NCBI GenBank assembly: GCA_943788915.1
Contig: CALSSD010000008.1
Span: 248,001-312,000, forward strand
Length of the DNA stretch: 64,000 nt
Source: an uncultured Acidimicrobiales bacterium
Lineage (GTDB): Bacteria; Actinomycetota; Acidimicrobiia; Acidimicrobiales; UBA10347
Direction: 5' to 3'
The notes under the pieces were generated by a model. It searched no databases. It was not told where the DNA came from and worked only from the letters and a program-made list of their open reading frames with translations. Made by a program: the position numbers and the translations under genes. Positions 41,043 to 50,194 of this stretch are shown one piece after another. Position 1 is the first letter of the stretch. Every line of letters starts with the position of its first letter.

Positions 41043-41381
41043 ATGGCCCACACGCACGCCATGGAGATCGGTGTGTCCGTCTCGTTCACTTCGGCAAGCG
41101 TCGACGCAGTGGTGCGGGTCATTTGCCCGATGATTATGCCGTTGTTAGCAGAAAGCAATACCAGCTTCGATCCAACAACACCAAGCACCTTGCTCCGCGT
41201 AGGTCTTGTCGACCAAGCGACCTTGAGCTTGACGAGCGCACACGTGATCGCCGATGTAACCACATTTCGTGATGGGGCCACGAAGATCTTCAGGGTTGAC
41301 CACTTCACGCAAGAAGCAGCGCGCAGCACGGCTGCGCTGGATCAGTTTCTCATCGACATACGGACGCAAGCCCGCAGTTAG
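41043..41381 (+). CDS. Hypothetical protein
   Basis: GGGAG RBS before the ATG; no recognised motif. Confidence 0.35.
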   Translation: MAHTHAMEIGVSVSFTSASVDAVVRVICPMIMPLLAESNTSFDPTTPSTLLRVGLVDQATLSLTSAHVIADVTTFRDGATKIFRVDHFTQEAARSTAALDQFLIDIRTQARS

Positions 41382-41557
41382 CCCCATCACCCAGCGGGCT
41401 ACGTCATACCAGAGCTCAATCGGGCGAGTTGAACTAACCTTTGGAGCCGTCGCCAGCCAGGTCAACACCGTGACGAGGTGCACGCTGAAACAACTTCACA
41501 AATGGATCAGCTTCGCGACTTGAGCCAGCAGAGTCTGTTGGTGATGAGGGAGAGGAA

Positions 41558-41830
41558 CTAGGAAAGTTCGTTGCGGCGTTTACGAGCCGCAGCCACCAAG
41601 AGACCACCAGCACCAATGAGTGATGCGCCCACAGCGACTGGCATGTTCACATTCGAACCGGTGATGGCCAACCCAAGCACCTCGTCCACAATCACCTCTG
41701 GACAGTCAGCGGGGATCAGTTCTTCGGAGAAGACTTCAGTTCCAGTCTGGATTTCGCGACTTTCGTACTCGTCGATGATGTCGGTCACGGTGATCACGAT
41801 TTCTGACGTTGAGGTCGCAATGAAGCCCGA
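41558..41830 (-). pseudogene. C-terminal fragment of an LAXTG sortase-anchored surface protein
   Basis: ...VLGLAITGSNVNMPVAVGASLIGAGGLLVAAARKRRNELS: LAxTG, hydrophobic helix and basic tail. No signal peptide or N-terminus upstream. Confidence 0.75.
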
Positions 41831-41832
41831 AG

Positions 41833-42285
41833 CATCAGTTCCTCCATGCGTGCTACAACGCCGCCCTTGGCGGCTACCCGGCTCGGTGGTGCTCGGTACG
41901 CGATCTGCTGCTTTTCCGCCAACACCTCGACGTCGACCTCGACGATGTCGTCGCGACAGCCTCGCGCTGGCACGGAACAGCCGTGGTACAGCGGGCTGGT
42001 CAACTCATTGAAGACATTGCAGGCCCCGATATCGAGGGTGGCTTCGACAAGCTGGCACGGCTTGAAGTGCCGAGGCGAGACGCCTGGCTGCTGCGGAGCT
42101 AGCTGACCTCGGCGCGTAGCTACAGCCGACCACTCGCGTCACTTGCAGTCATCAGAGGTGTGCGCCCTCGGCTGCGATACGCGCAAGCACTGGTGTCACC
42201 GAGCTCGGACTACCTTCGAAGCAGAGGTTGGACAGAGCGCAGCCACATAAAGCGAGCACTGCGAAAACTTCGAAGTCATGACTGA
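41833..42285 (+). pseudogene. C-terminal fragment of a nucleotidyltransferase family protein (NTP_transf_5-like) with internal stop
   Basis: Frame +1: HQFLHACYNAALGGYPARWCSVRDLLL...LLRS*LTSARSY...RKLRSHD*. TAG at 42100, no start codon, and the stop overlaps the PqqD ATG. Confidence 0.6.
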
Positions 42286-42574
42286 CATCTTTACTGACGA
42301 CGCCGTACTCAGCCGCTCGCCCGACGTTCTGTTTCGCCGAGTACTCGACGGTGTGGTGGTGCGAGCACCCAAAATGACCGAGTCGCTACATCTCTCAATG
42401 GTTGGTTACCTGGTCTGGGTACTGCTCGCTGAGTCAATCACTGTTCGAGACCTCGTCAGCAGCCTGGCCGACTTCAATGAGATCCCACCGCAGACCATAC
42501 GTGATGACATCACACCCCTCTTGAAGGATCTGCACGTCGCCGGCGCGCTCACTGTCGCGTCGGCCTGCCACTGA
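42278..42574 (+). CDS. PqqD family / RiPP recognition element (RRE) protein
   Basis: RSPDVLFRRVLDGVVV...L...G.LVWVLLAESITVRDLV..L..F......IRDDI..LL.DL..AG: three-strand plus three-helix PqqD pattern. Confidence 0.8.
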   Translation: MTDIFTDDAVLSRSPDVLFRRVLDGVVVRAPKMTESLHLSMVGYLVWVLLAESITVRDLVSSLADFNEIPPQTIRDDITPLLKDLHVAGALTVASACH

Positions 42575-42609
42575 GGACCGAAAGCGGTCTAGGCAATTTG
42601 GGGAAGCCG

Positions 42610-43611
42610 CTACACATCGTCCGCGAGCAATTCGTCCACAACCATCTGGGCGCAGCGAGCGGGGCCCGCCATTGCCTGCTCGAGACCGAAGCGCTCGGTC
42701 AACGAGATCACTAACGCATTCTCGGGGATCGGAAGCGAAGATAGATCCTCGATCGCGCCGGCGACGACAACCAGCCGAGCCCCGACCTCAGCCGCCATTT
42801 CGGCCACGCCACCGACGACCTTGCCATCGAACGATGCGTTGTCAAGCTGGCCCTCGCCCGTGATCACAAGGTCGGCTTGTTCGATCTCTTCGAACAAGCC
42901 GAGCTCCTCGGCTATCAGCTCAAAACCGCTCACGATCGTGGCACCTAAGGCCACCAGGCCACCGCCGAGCCCTCCAGCAGCCCCACTGCCAATAATCTGC
43001 TCGACATCGACGTCGAAATCATCCCGATAACGCTCAGCCAAACCGCGCAACCTCGCCTCGAGGAAGGCTATCTGTGCGCCTGTAGCGCCCTTCTGAGGGC
43101 CAAATATCCTCGCTGCATCAACAAAAAGCGTGTTCACATCAGTCGCTACCTCAACGCTGACCCCCGCGAGCCGAGCTGGTGACCCGATGGCCTCGATCGC
43201 CCCAAGGCCACCGTCAGTAGTAGCTGAACCGCCCAAGCCGACGATTATCCGCTGTGCACCTCGAGCGATTGCTGCGTCGATCAACTCGCCTGTACCGCGG
43301 GTTGTCGCGTTCAGTGGATCGTTTCCCTCGGGCCCACCAGCCAGTACCAACCCCGAGGCCAATGCCATCTCGATGACGGCGAGGCGCTTTGACAGTCGCC
43401 AAGGCGCATCGACTGGTTCGCCAGTTGGTCCGGTGACCGTGGTCGTGCGGTTTGGGCCGCCGAGTGCTTCGAGTGTGCCATCGCCGCCGTCGGCCATAGG
43501 CACCATGACCGCCTCATGGCCCGCCTCTCGAACAGCTCGGGCTATGGCCTTGGCTATTTCAGACGCGCTTGCGGTGCCCTTGAATTTGTCAGGCGCAACA
43601 ACGACTCGCAT
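42610..43611 (-). CDS. glxK: Glycerate kinase
   Basis: APDKFKG, PMADGGDG, GGSATTDGG, FGPQKGA and ITGEG motifs. Confidence 0.92.
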   Translation of the reverse strand: MRVVVAPDKFKGTASASEIAKAIARAVREAGHEAVMVPMADGGDGTLEALGGPNRTTTVTGPTGEPVDAPWRLSKRLAVIEMALASGLVLAGGPEGNDPLNATTRGTGELIDAAIARGAQRIIVGLGGSATTDGGLGAIEAIGSPARLAGVSVEVATDVNTLFVDAARIFGPQKGATGAQIAFLEARLRGLAERYRDDFDVDVEQIIGSGAAGGLGGGLVALGATIVSGFELIAEELGLFEEIEQADLVITGEGQLDNASFDGKVVGGVAEMAAEVGARLVVVAGAIEDLSSLPIPENALVISLTERFGLEQAMAGPARCAQMVVDELLADDV

Positions 43612-43667
43612 GTTTCAGCGACTCTAGGTGGCTGCGCTTGACAACCACAGCCCAAGTCGCGTCGGAT

Positions 43668-44195
43668 CTAGGACTGAGCCAGGTCGTCGGCGCCAACCAG
43701 GACCAGCACGTTTACCGGGGCAAGGTCGATGCCGTCGCCAATAAACAGGTCGGGTTCCGGCATAGGAGCAATCGGTGTGGCTACGCCAAGCACGGTGCGT
43801 ACAACGGTTGCTTCGGCCGCGAAACCGGGTCGATAAAAGATGGTCGACGCAGCCTGGTCGTCAGCGTTGATGGGCTCGCGGGTCATGAAGCCCTGATTGC
43901 GTAGCTGCGAAGTGAGCCGCGACGCCTGGCCGGTTACCCCAGAGCCATTCGCAACCAACACCGCAACCTCGCTGTTGTCGCGAGCCAAAGATGTGTCAAC
44001 TTCGACGGTGCCGGGACCGACCTCGACGGCATCGTCGGGCGTGATTTCGGGCTCAGGCTCCACTGCTGTGGTTGGTTCAGCCACCGGGCCTGTGGCCAGC
44101 GGAAATTGCGAATTATCAGCCGCGCCGCGCAAAACAAGAAAGGCAAGCAGGGCAGCAACAGCCACCAATAGTGCTCCCCGAGCCGAAGAACTCAT
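43668..44195 (-). CDS. LytR C-terminal domain protein
   Basis: N-terminal TM; VLVANGSGVTGQA and VLVLVGAD motifs. Confidence 0.85.
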   Translation of the reverse strand: MSSSARGALLVAVAALLAFLVLRGAADNSQFPLATGPVAEPTTAVEPEPEITPDDAVEVGPGTVEVDTSLARDNSEVAVLVANGSGVTGQASRLTSQLRNQGFMTREPINADDQAASTIFYRPGFAAEATVVRTVLGVATPIAPMPEPDLFIGDGIDLAPVNVLVLVGADDLAQS

Positions 44196-44207
44196 CGTTA
44201 GCTCTCG

Positions 44208-44462
44208 TTAGCTTCCGGAACTATCCGCGATCTCGCCAAAACGTTCACGACGGCGACGATCACGCATGCGGCGGAGGCGGCGAACGACCAACGGGTCGTG
44301 TTCAAGGGCTTCATCAGAGTCAATAAGAGCATGGAGTTGCTCGTAATACTCGGCGGTCGTCAACGAGAACTGGTCGGCGATCGCCGAGTCCTTCGGTTGA
44401 TCGTCGGCCCACCAGGTTCGTTCGAACTCGATGAGCGACATTTCCATCTTTGACAAGGCCAC
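44208..44462 (-). CDS. DUF3263 family protein
   Basis: LIEFERTWW...K...I...F......YY..L..LID...AL..DPLVVRRLRR pattern. Confidence 0.85.
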   Translation of the reverse strand: MALSKMEMSLIEFERTWWADDQPKDSAIADQFSLTTAEYYEQLHALIDSDEALEHDPLVVRRLRRMRDRRRRERFGEIADSSGS

Positions 44463-44557
44463 ACAACGAGTGTGGCCGGTCGGACGGCCCATTGCGAGCA
44501 CCCTCGCAACATTTCCCTGAGCCGCGTTACGTCTGAACCCACTATCATGGTCAACTT

Positions 44558-44633
44558 GCCCGTGTAGCTCACCCGGTAGAGCACCTGTCTTGTAAACAGG
44601 AGGTAGCGAGTTCGAGTCTCGCCGCGGGCTCCA
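44558..44633 (+). tRNA. tRNA-Thr(TGT)
   Basis: 76-nt cloverleaf: GCCCGTG/CGCGGGC acceptor stem, anticodon loop CT-TGT-AA, TTCGA T-loop and encoded CCA; TATCAT -10 upstream. Confidence 0.97.
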
Positions 44634-44640
44634 GTTTTGC

Positions 44641-44677
44641 CGAAAAGTTATGTTCCCCTGGGGGACATAACTTTTCG
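44641..44677. repeat. Palindromic repeat family A, copy 4
   Basis: CGAAAAGTTATGTTCCCCTGGGGGACATAACTTTTCG, 7 nt after the tRNA 3' end. Confidence 0.88.
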
Positions 44678-44679
44678 GA

Positions 44680-46104
44680 TCAGATGTGTGGGTGGCTGAC
44701 TCGATCGTGCGGCAGTGAGCCCCGGGCCGCTCGCAGATACGCATACGGCGTCTCGTAACGCAAGTTCGAGACCCGTGAGGTGTAGGCATCGGCGTACCGC
44801 TCAACCTGGCGGGCGAACAGACTTTTGTCGTTGCCGGCCCGCATTAGTGGCCCCCAGATTGAGTTGCCAAGACCCGACGCCGCTCGAGCCAGCGGCGCAA
44901 TCTGTTCATCGAGCTCGAGCGCTCGAGCCGTAACCTCAGCCAATTCGGAGGCGACTTCGGCGCCACGTCCCTTGGCTCGAGCCAGCCGTAACTGTGCCTG
45001 GCGTCGGTCTTTTTCAATCTTTTCGGCCATCAACGCTTCGAGTCGATGTTGTTGTTCGTCGAACGCGATGGCGTCGGCGACTTCGGATTCGAGCTCGCGA
45101 GCGATAAGCGCCGTACGCCATCGCAACACATCTTTGGTGACATGGACGTCGCCGAACAGATGGTCACCTACATACAGCGGCTGGCCACCAGACACATCCA
45201 GACTCTCTTCGACCAAGTGGGCATTGCCGCCGAAGTAGACGTGACCTGCCTCGAGTGGACCGGTGTGAGGAAGTAGGAGTGACTTGTCCTCGTCGACAAC
45301 CCGATAGATCGGATCGTGCCCAGAAAAGAATCGAGGTTTATTCGCCGACACGATCACAACGTCGAACAGATCCCGCCACGTCGTTCCGTCAGGGCAGTAG
45401 GGATCTACGGCATAGTTCATCATCTTGGACGTATACGCCCAGTCCGAGTTCGTAATCAGTGCCAGCTTCTTGCGAGCCCGTCGCTGGTCGAGCAGGGTAG
45501 CCACGATGTCCTTGTCCAGATCTACAAAACGATCCGGGTCGGCAACAATCTTGGCCTTGAGTAGGCCAGCCATGTGGGCCTCGCCGAGTGCCTCGTTGAT
45601 CACGTCGTACAGCTGGAAATAGTCGCGAACACCATCCAGTAACTTGGCATCAAGCAACGCAACCAGCTGGGTGAACAAGCTGGCCCGCGACAGCTCGAAC
45701 AAGGTGTTCATGAACTCGAAACGAGAACTCGATAGTTCGACAATGTCTTCGCGATACACATCTCGTTGTTCTTCGAAAGTCAACAAATCGTTGCCATGTT
45801 GGGCACGAACCACGTATCCAAAACGGGTCGCTTTGACCACATTTCCAAGCTTGAGATCGAAGACGAGGCCGATCGTGAACTGTTCAGGATCGAACTGCAG
45901 CTCAGCGACCGGATAACCCTGGGCGGAAAGGATGTCGCGTGCTTCGTCGAAGGCGGCACCTTCCCACATGTCGACGTTGTAGTGGATCAGCGTGTAATCC
46001 ATGTCGTAACCGACCGCTTCGACCGAACGCATATTCAGCGTGCGGTTGACGAAAACTCCCCGCTCGGGTTTGAACTCGCCACCGACATCATCAGAAGTCA
46101 CCAT
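44680..46104 (-). CDS. HAD-superfamily 5'-nucleotidase (cN-II/IG type)
   Basis: VFVNR.L, GYDMDYTL.HY, LITNS, KP.FF and YVGDHLFGD motifs. Confidence 0.92.
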   Translation of the reverse strand: MVTSDDVGGEFKPERGVFVNRTLNMRSVEAVGYDMDYTLIHYNVDMWEGAAFDEARDILSAQGYPVAELQFDPEQFTIGLVFDLKLGNVVKATRFGYVVRAQHGNDLLTFEEQRDVYREDIVELSSSRFEFMNTLFELSRASLFTQLVALLDAKLLDGVRDYFQLYDVINEALGEAHMAGLLKAKIVADPDRFVDLDKDIVATLLDQRRARKKLALITNSDWAYTSKMMNYAVDPYCPDGTTWRDLFDVVIVSANKPRFFSGHDPIYRVVDEDKSLLLPHTGPLEAGHVYFGGNAHLVEESLDVSGGQPLYVGDHLFGDVHVTKDVLRWRTALIARELESEVADAIAFDEQQHRLEALMAEKIEKDRRQAQLRLARAKGRGAEVASELAEVTARALELDEQIAPLARAASGLGNSIWGPLMRAGNDKSLFARQVERYADAYTSRVSNLRYETPYAYLRAARGSLPHDRVSHPHI

Positions 46105-46177
46105 TGGACTAAACGGTACTTCGAATTGATGCCGCGCCGTTGTGCCCGGCGCGGTGATTGCCCACCAGCAGCACAGG

Positions 46178-47019
46178 TCAGGTCAACGCGGTGAAGATCA
46201 CCCGCCCGGCCAACGATGTCAACACGACCTTAAACACTAGATCCAGGCCGGTTTCACTGACTCGGTCGAGGAACCGAGTGCCGACCCAGCTGCCCGCGAT
46301 CACACCAATCACCCCAACACCGATCATGTCGAGGTGATCGGTGATCGACCACCCTTGGGCGCTGAACGCAATCAGCTTCGATATGTGCGCCAACACCTGG
46401 GTCATGGCAGCACTGGCCACAAACGCCTTGTGAGACGCTGTCACGGCCTTCAGGAACGGCGAGGTCACTGGCCCGCTGGCTCCCACANNNNNNNNNNNNN
46501 NNNNNNNNNNNNNNNNNNNNNNNNNNNNNNNNNNNNNNNNNNNNNNNNNNNNNNNNNNNNNNNNNNNNNNNNNNNNNNNNNNNNNNNGGTCGTATTCAGG
46601 AAACCAGACGCTGCGCCTACGCCGGCCAGCATGGGCTTAGCGTCCGTGGCGGTGCGCGACCTGGGCGCCGAGGCTTTCAACATGTCCGGTCGCCATGCAA
46701 GCACCACTACGAAGCCTGCCAGCACCAGCCGTACGACGTCGTCGGGTAACGAGGTTGCGACCGCAACACCCAGCAGGCTGGCCGGAAACAGCAAGATCGA
46801 TACCCAACCCACGACCGGCCACGAGATCTGCTGGCGCAACAGCGCCGCCCGCGAGCCGTTGGACACGAGCTGGATCGAACCCTGGATCGGAATAGCCACC
46901 GTCGGAGCAACGAACTGGGCGATGACCAGCAACAAGATGACACCACCGCCAAGGCCGGCCACTGCGCTCAGGATCGACGTCAGAAATGCCGCAATCCCAA
47001 CTACGACAACCTCGAACAC
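46178..47019 (-). CDS. TauE/SafE (TSUP) family transporter, split by scaffold gap
   Basis: AVAGLGGG N-terminal repeat; GFLNTT|VGASGP continues across the Ns. Confidence 0.85.
46488..46587. other. Assembly gap (100 N)
   Basis: Run of Ns; the flanks read as contiguous coding sequence. Confidence 0.99.
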
Positions 47020-47095
47020 CCATGCATGTTACATACAGGTTGAAGACAGGCTAATGACAAGCCCTTCGTCTCCTTGTCCCGGGGTTAACTCGGGA

Positions 47096-47998
47096 TCATT
47101 CGGCGCGACGGCGCACGACCTCGTAACACGCCACGGCAGCTGCTGTGGAGACATTGAGCGAGCCAAGGCTGCCAGCAAGAGGGATACGTGCCACGACGTC
47201 GCAGCGTTCCCGAGTGAGCCGTGAGATGCCGCCGCCTTCGGCGCCAAGGACCAACGCGACAGGGTCAGTGGCGACGCGCATGTCAAAAACCGTGGATTCA
47301 GCCACCATGTCGAGACCCACACTCCAGACTTCGAGCTCCTTCAGTCGTTGCAGCGCAGCCGGAATACCTGCGACCTGGGCCATAGGAAGGTGTTCCACGG
47401 CCCCGGCAGCAGTTTTGGTCACCGACGCGGTGATACGGGCGGCCCGGTGCCGGGGCAACACGATGCCGGTGACGCCAGCACATTCGGCGACTCGCAAAAT
47501 TGATCCCAAGTTCTGAGGGTCGGTTACACCATCGAGCACCAACAAGAACGGCTTCGTGCCGCCCTGTGTGCGAGCCAACACATCGAGCTCCACCGGCTGG
47601 AGCGGAGCGGCGAACGCCATGACACCCTGAGGGGCGTCGGTCCGAGCCATTGCTTCGAACTTGTTGCGCGACACCTCGCGAAGCATCACCCGTTCCTCTT
47701 CGGCCAGCTCAGAAATCTCGTCAAGGATCTGGGCCTTGTCCATATCTGCAGCAAAGATGACCTCCCGAGTGCGGCGTGTCCCTGCGAGCAACAACTCGCG
47801 GACTGCGTGCCGGCCCTCGACCTGGTCGCCACCAAGACCCTTACCTCGGCTACCGCCCGAACCAGAACCCGAGCCGCCACCAGCCGATGGTTTGTCTCGC
47901 ATCGGTGTGGTTCCGCGCTGACCACCACGTTTGCCGCCGCTTTCGTTGCGGCGTCGGTTACCTCGACGGTCAGGTGTTGGTTTGCGGCGTGAACTCAT
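47096..47998 (-). CDS. rlmB: 23S rRNA (Gm2251) 2'-O-methyltransferase
   Basis: LDGVTDPQNLGSI.R, LVLGAEG.G and SLNVSTAA SPOUT motifs. Confidence 0.93.
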   Translation of the reverse strand: MSSRRKPTPDRRGNRRRNESGGKRGGQRGTTPMRDKPSAGGGSGSGSGGSRGKGLGGDQVEGRHAVRELLLAGTRRTREVIFAADMDKAQILDEISELAEEERVMLREVSRNKFEAMARTDAPQGVMAFAAPLQPVELDVLARTQGGTKPFLLVLDGVTDPQNLGSILRVAECAGVTGIVLPRHRAARITASVTKTAAGAVEHLPMAQVAGIPAALQRLKELEVWSVGLDMVAESTVFDMRVATDPVALVLGAEGGGISRLTRERCDVVARIPLAGSLGSLNVSTAAAVACYEVVRRRAE

Positions 47999-48031
47999 GA
48001 CTAAACCTTGGTGGAGATGGACGGTGGTGAA

Positions 48032-48508
48032 CTAGGGAACGTCGATGAGAGCGACGGCCCAGCAGGCTATTCCTTCGGCACGGCCGAGCGCACCGAGGCC
48101 CTCGGCACGTTTGCCTTTTACGGTTACTGGTGCACCGATGGCGGCGGTCAACCGCTGCTCGATTTCGGTCTTACGGGGGGCGAGTTTGGGTCGTTCGGCA
48201 ACGACGGTCACGTCGATGTTGACGACCGAGCCGCCAAGGTCGTGCAGCTGATGGAGTGCTTCGGCAAGCAACACCATGCTGTCGGCACCAGCGAGCGCAG
48301 GGTCGGTATCGGGAAACAGTTGACCGATATCACCGAGCCCCGCAGGACTCAGGATCGCATCGATGCAGGCATGCGCGATCACATCGGCATCAGAATGGCC
48401 ATGCAGTGCGGTTTCGCCAGGAAAAATCACGCCACCGAGTACCAGCACACGCTCGGGGTCCTGGCTGAACGGGTGGATGTCGAACGCGTGGCCGATGCGC
48501 ATACTCAT
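48032..48508 (-). CDS. ispF: 2-C-methyl-D-erythritol 2,4-cyclodiphosphate synthase
   Basis: RIGH.FDIH, GHSDADV..HA and GDIG..FPD motifs. Confidence 0.96.
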   Translation of the reverse strand: MSMRIGHAFDIHPFSQDPERVLVLGGVIFPGETALHGHSDADVIAHACIDAILSPAGLGDIGQLFPDTDPALAGADSMVLLAEALHQLHDLGGSVVNIDVTVVAERPKLAPRKTEIEQRLTAAIGAPVTVKGKRAEGLGALGRAEGIACWAVALIDVP

Positions 48509-49164
48509 GAACGAGCCCCTAACAAGGCAGCGACAACAACCGCATCATCGGGTTCGGTCACCTTGATATTCCACCGTTCGCCAGGGACGACAACGGTGTT
48601 CCCGCCGACAGATCTGACCAGCGTGGCATCGTCGGTTGCTTGTGCACCGCTGGCATGAGCCTGGCGCAGGATCGCAGCCGAGAACCCCTGAGGCGTCTGC
48701 ACCGCCTGAAGTTGGGATCGGTCGATCGTGTTGCCGTCGAGATCTCGAATGGTGTCGACAACATCGACCACCGGCACCACGGCATCGGCACCGCCGCGCA
48801 CTGCGGCTACAACCTGGGCCATGAGGTCAGGCGATGCCACCGGGCGGGCGGCATCATGTACCAGCACGATGTCGGCTCCGTCGGGAACCTTGGCCAATCC
48901 ACGACGCACGGACTCGCTGCGAGAATCACCACCCGTTACGCAGACAACCTCGCATCGCAAACCGTGGGCGGAGACAGTCACGGTGGAACCCTTTGGTGTA
49001 ACCACGACAATGCCGTCGCTCACCGATGAAGCAGCAACCACGGACCAGTCAACCACCCGTTTGCCAGCGATCTCTATGAACTGCTTGGGGGTGCCGCCAC
49101 CAAAACGCGAGCCAGACCCTGCGGCCACAACAATGGTCCAGGTTGTGCCAGCTTCAGAAGGCAT
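48505..49164 (-). CDS. ispD: 2-C-methyl-D-erythritol 4-phosphate cytidylyltransferase
   Basis: AAGSGSRFG..PKQF, VLVHDAARP, QTPQGF, TDD and NIKVT motifs. Confidence 0.96.
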   Translation of the reverse strand: MPSEAGTTWTIVVAAGSGSRFGGGTPKQFIEIAGKRVVDWSVVAASSVSDGIVVVTPKGSTVTVSAHGLRCEVVCVTGGDSRSESVRRGLAKVPDGADIVLVHDAARPVASPDLMAQVVAAVRGGADAVVPVVDVVDTIRDLDGNTIDRSQLQAVQTPQGFSAAILRQAHASGAQATDDATLVRSVGGNTVVVPGERWNIKVTEPDDAVVVAALLGARS

Positions 49165-49208
49165 TTCTCCACGCTCTAAGGTGAGAGGTCTTACAGGTTC
49201 TGTGACAT

Positions 49209-49245
49209 TTGGCACCTAATTCGGCCTGACTGAGTGAGGTGCCAA
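49209..49245. repeat. 37-bp imperfect palindrome between divergent ispD and crp; overlaps a CRP-like site TGTGA-N6-GCACC (49201-49216)
   Basis: TTGGCACCT-n19-AGGTGCCAA. Confidence 0.55.
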
Positions 49246-49305
49246 GTACTCTCAGAGATGCCACCGTACCAATGCGTTCGACCCAACGCGGAAAGGTCCT
49301 CCCCC

Positions 49306-49969
49306 ATGACCGAAGCAGTCGTTCTCGCTGACACTCCGCTCTTTGCCAACCTTGACCCTGACAGCCTCGGTGCCCTCGCCGCATCATGCTCCCGGCGTTC
49401 ACTAGGCCCGAGGCGATGTGCTCTTTCATCAAGACGACGAGTCGGGTGCGCTCTACATCGTGGTCTCGGGTCGTATCGCTATCGCCAATCGCTCATTCGA
49501 TGGCCGTGAATCCATGGTTGCGCTGATGGAAGATGGCGATCTCTTCGGCGAGATGGGCCTGTTCGACGATGGTGAAGGCCGCTCGGCCGATGCTCGAGCT
49601 CTTGAGCCGTCCGAACTCATCGAGCTTCCGTACGATCCAATCCGCGAGCTCTTCACCAATCAGCCAGGCCTGCTCTGGGGTGTCGTCAGCATGTTGTCGA
49701 AACGGGTCCGTGCTATGGACAACGCGCTCGCCGATTCAGTGTTCCTCGATGTCACCGGACGCACCGCGAAACGACTGCTCGAAATGGCAGGCGACGAAGA
49801 CGAGTTCGAACTGCCACTCACCCAAGAAGAACTCGCCGGCATGGTTGGCGCCTCTCGCGAGCGAGTCAACAAGTCAATCAACCAGTTCATCAAACTTGGT
49901 TGGATGGCCCAGACCGACCGCGGCTATCGAGTCACCAACCGCGAACAACTCACCATCCGCTCCCGGTGA
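49306..49969 (+). pseudogene. crp: Crp/Fnr family regulator (actinobacterial CRP/GlxR-like) with +1 frameshift
   Basis: MTEAVVLADTPLFANL...RRSL is in one frame; (A)RGDVLFHQ...FGEMGLFD...RSA...LTQEELAGMVGASRERVNK is in another. Removing one G at 49405-49406 restores a single ORF. Confidence 0.8.
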
Positions 49970-50123
49970 TGCTTGTGTTTCGACGCCGCACTACCTAGAC
50001 CAATTGGGGCGTCCCGGTCCGCTCCATCAACTTGGGGACTCGTCCCTCGCTCTCACTTCTGAGGCCGCAACGCGAGTCACCGCAGTCGCACCCGGACAGG
50101 TCACTGCCGCTCACCATGAAACC

Positions 50124-50160
50124 TGCGACGTTGAACACCCGCTACAGGCCGAACGTCGCA
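50124..50160. repeat. 37-bp palindrome between convergent crp and radA
   Basis: TGCGACGTT-n19-AACGTCGCA. Confidence 0.55.
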
Positions 50161-50194
50161 AAATTCAGGTTGGTTGTTGGGTTGCTTTTCTCTC

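Noticed and set aside
42278..42574. PQQ or mycofactocin biosynthesis
   Set aside because: No pqqA/B/C/E or mftA/C nearby; the context is a nucleotidyltransferase remnant.
44558..44680. tRNA-Thr as an integration site for a genomic island
   Set aside because: No integrase, no duplicated tRNA 3' end seen in the window, and the flanks are ordinary chromosomal genes.
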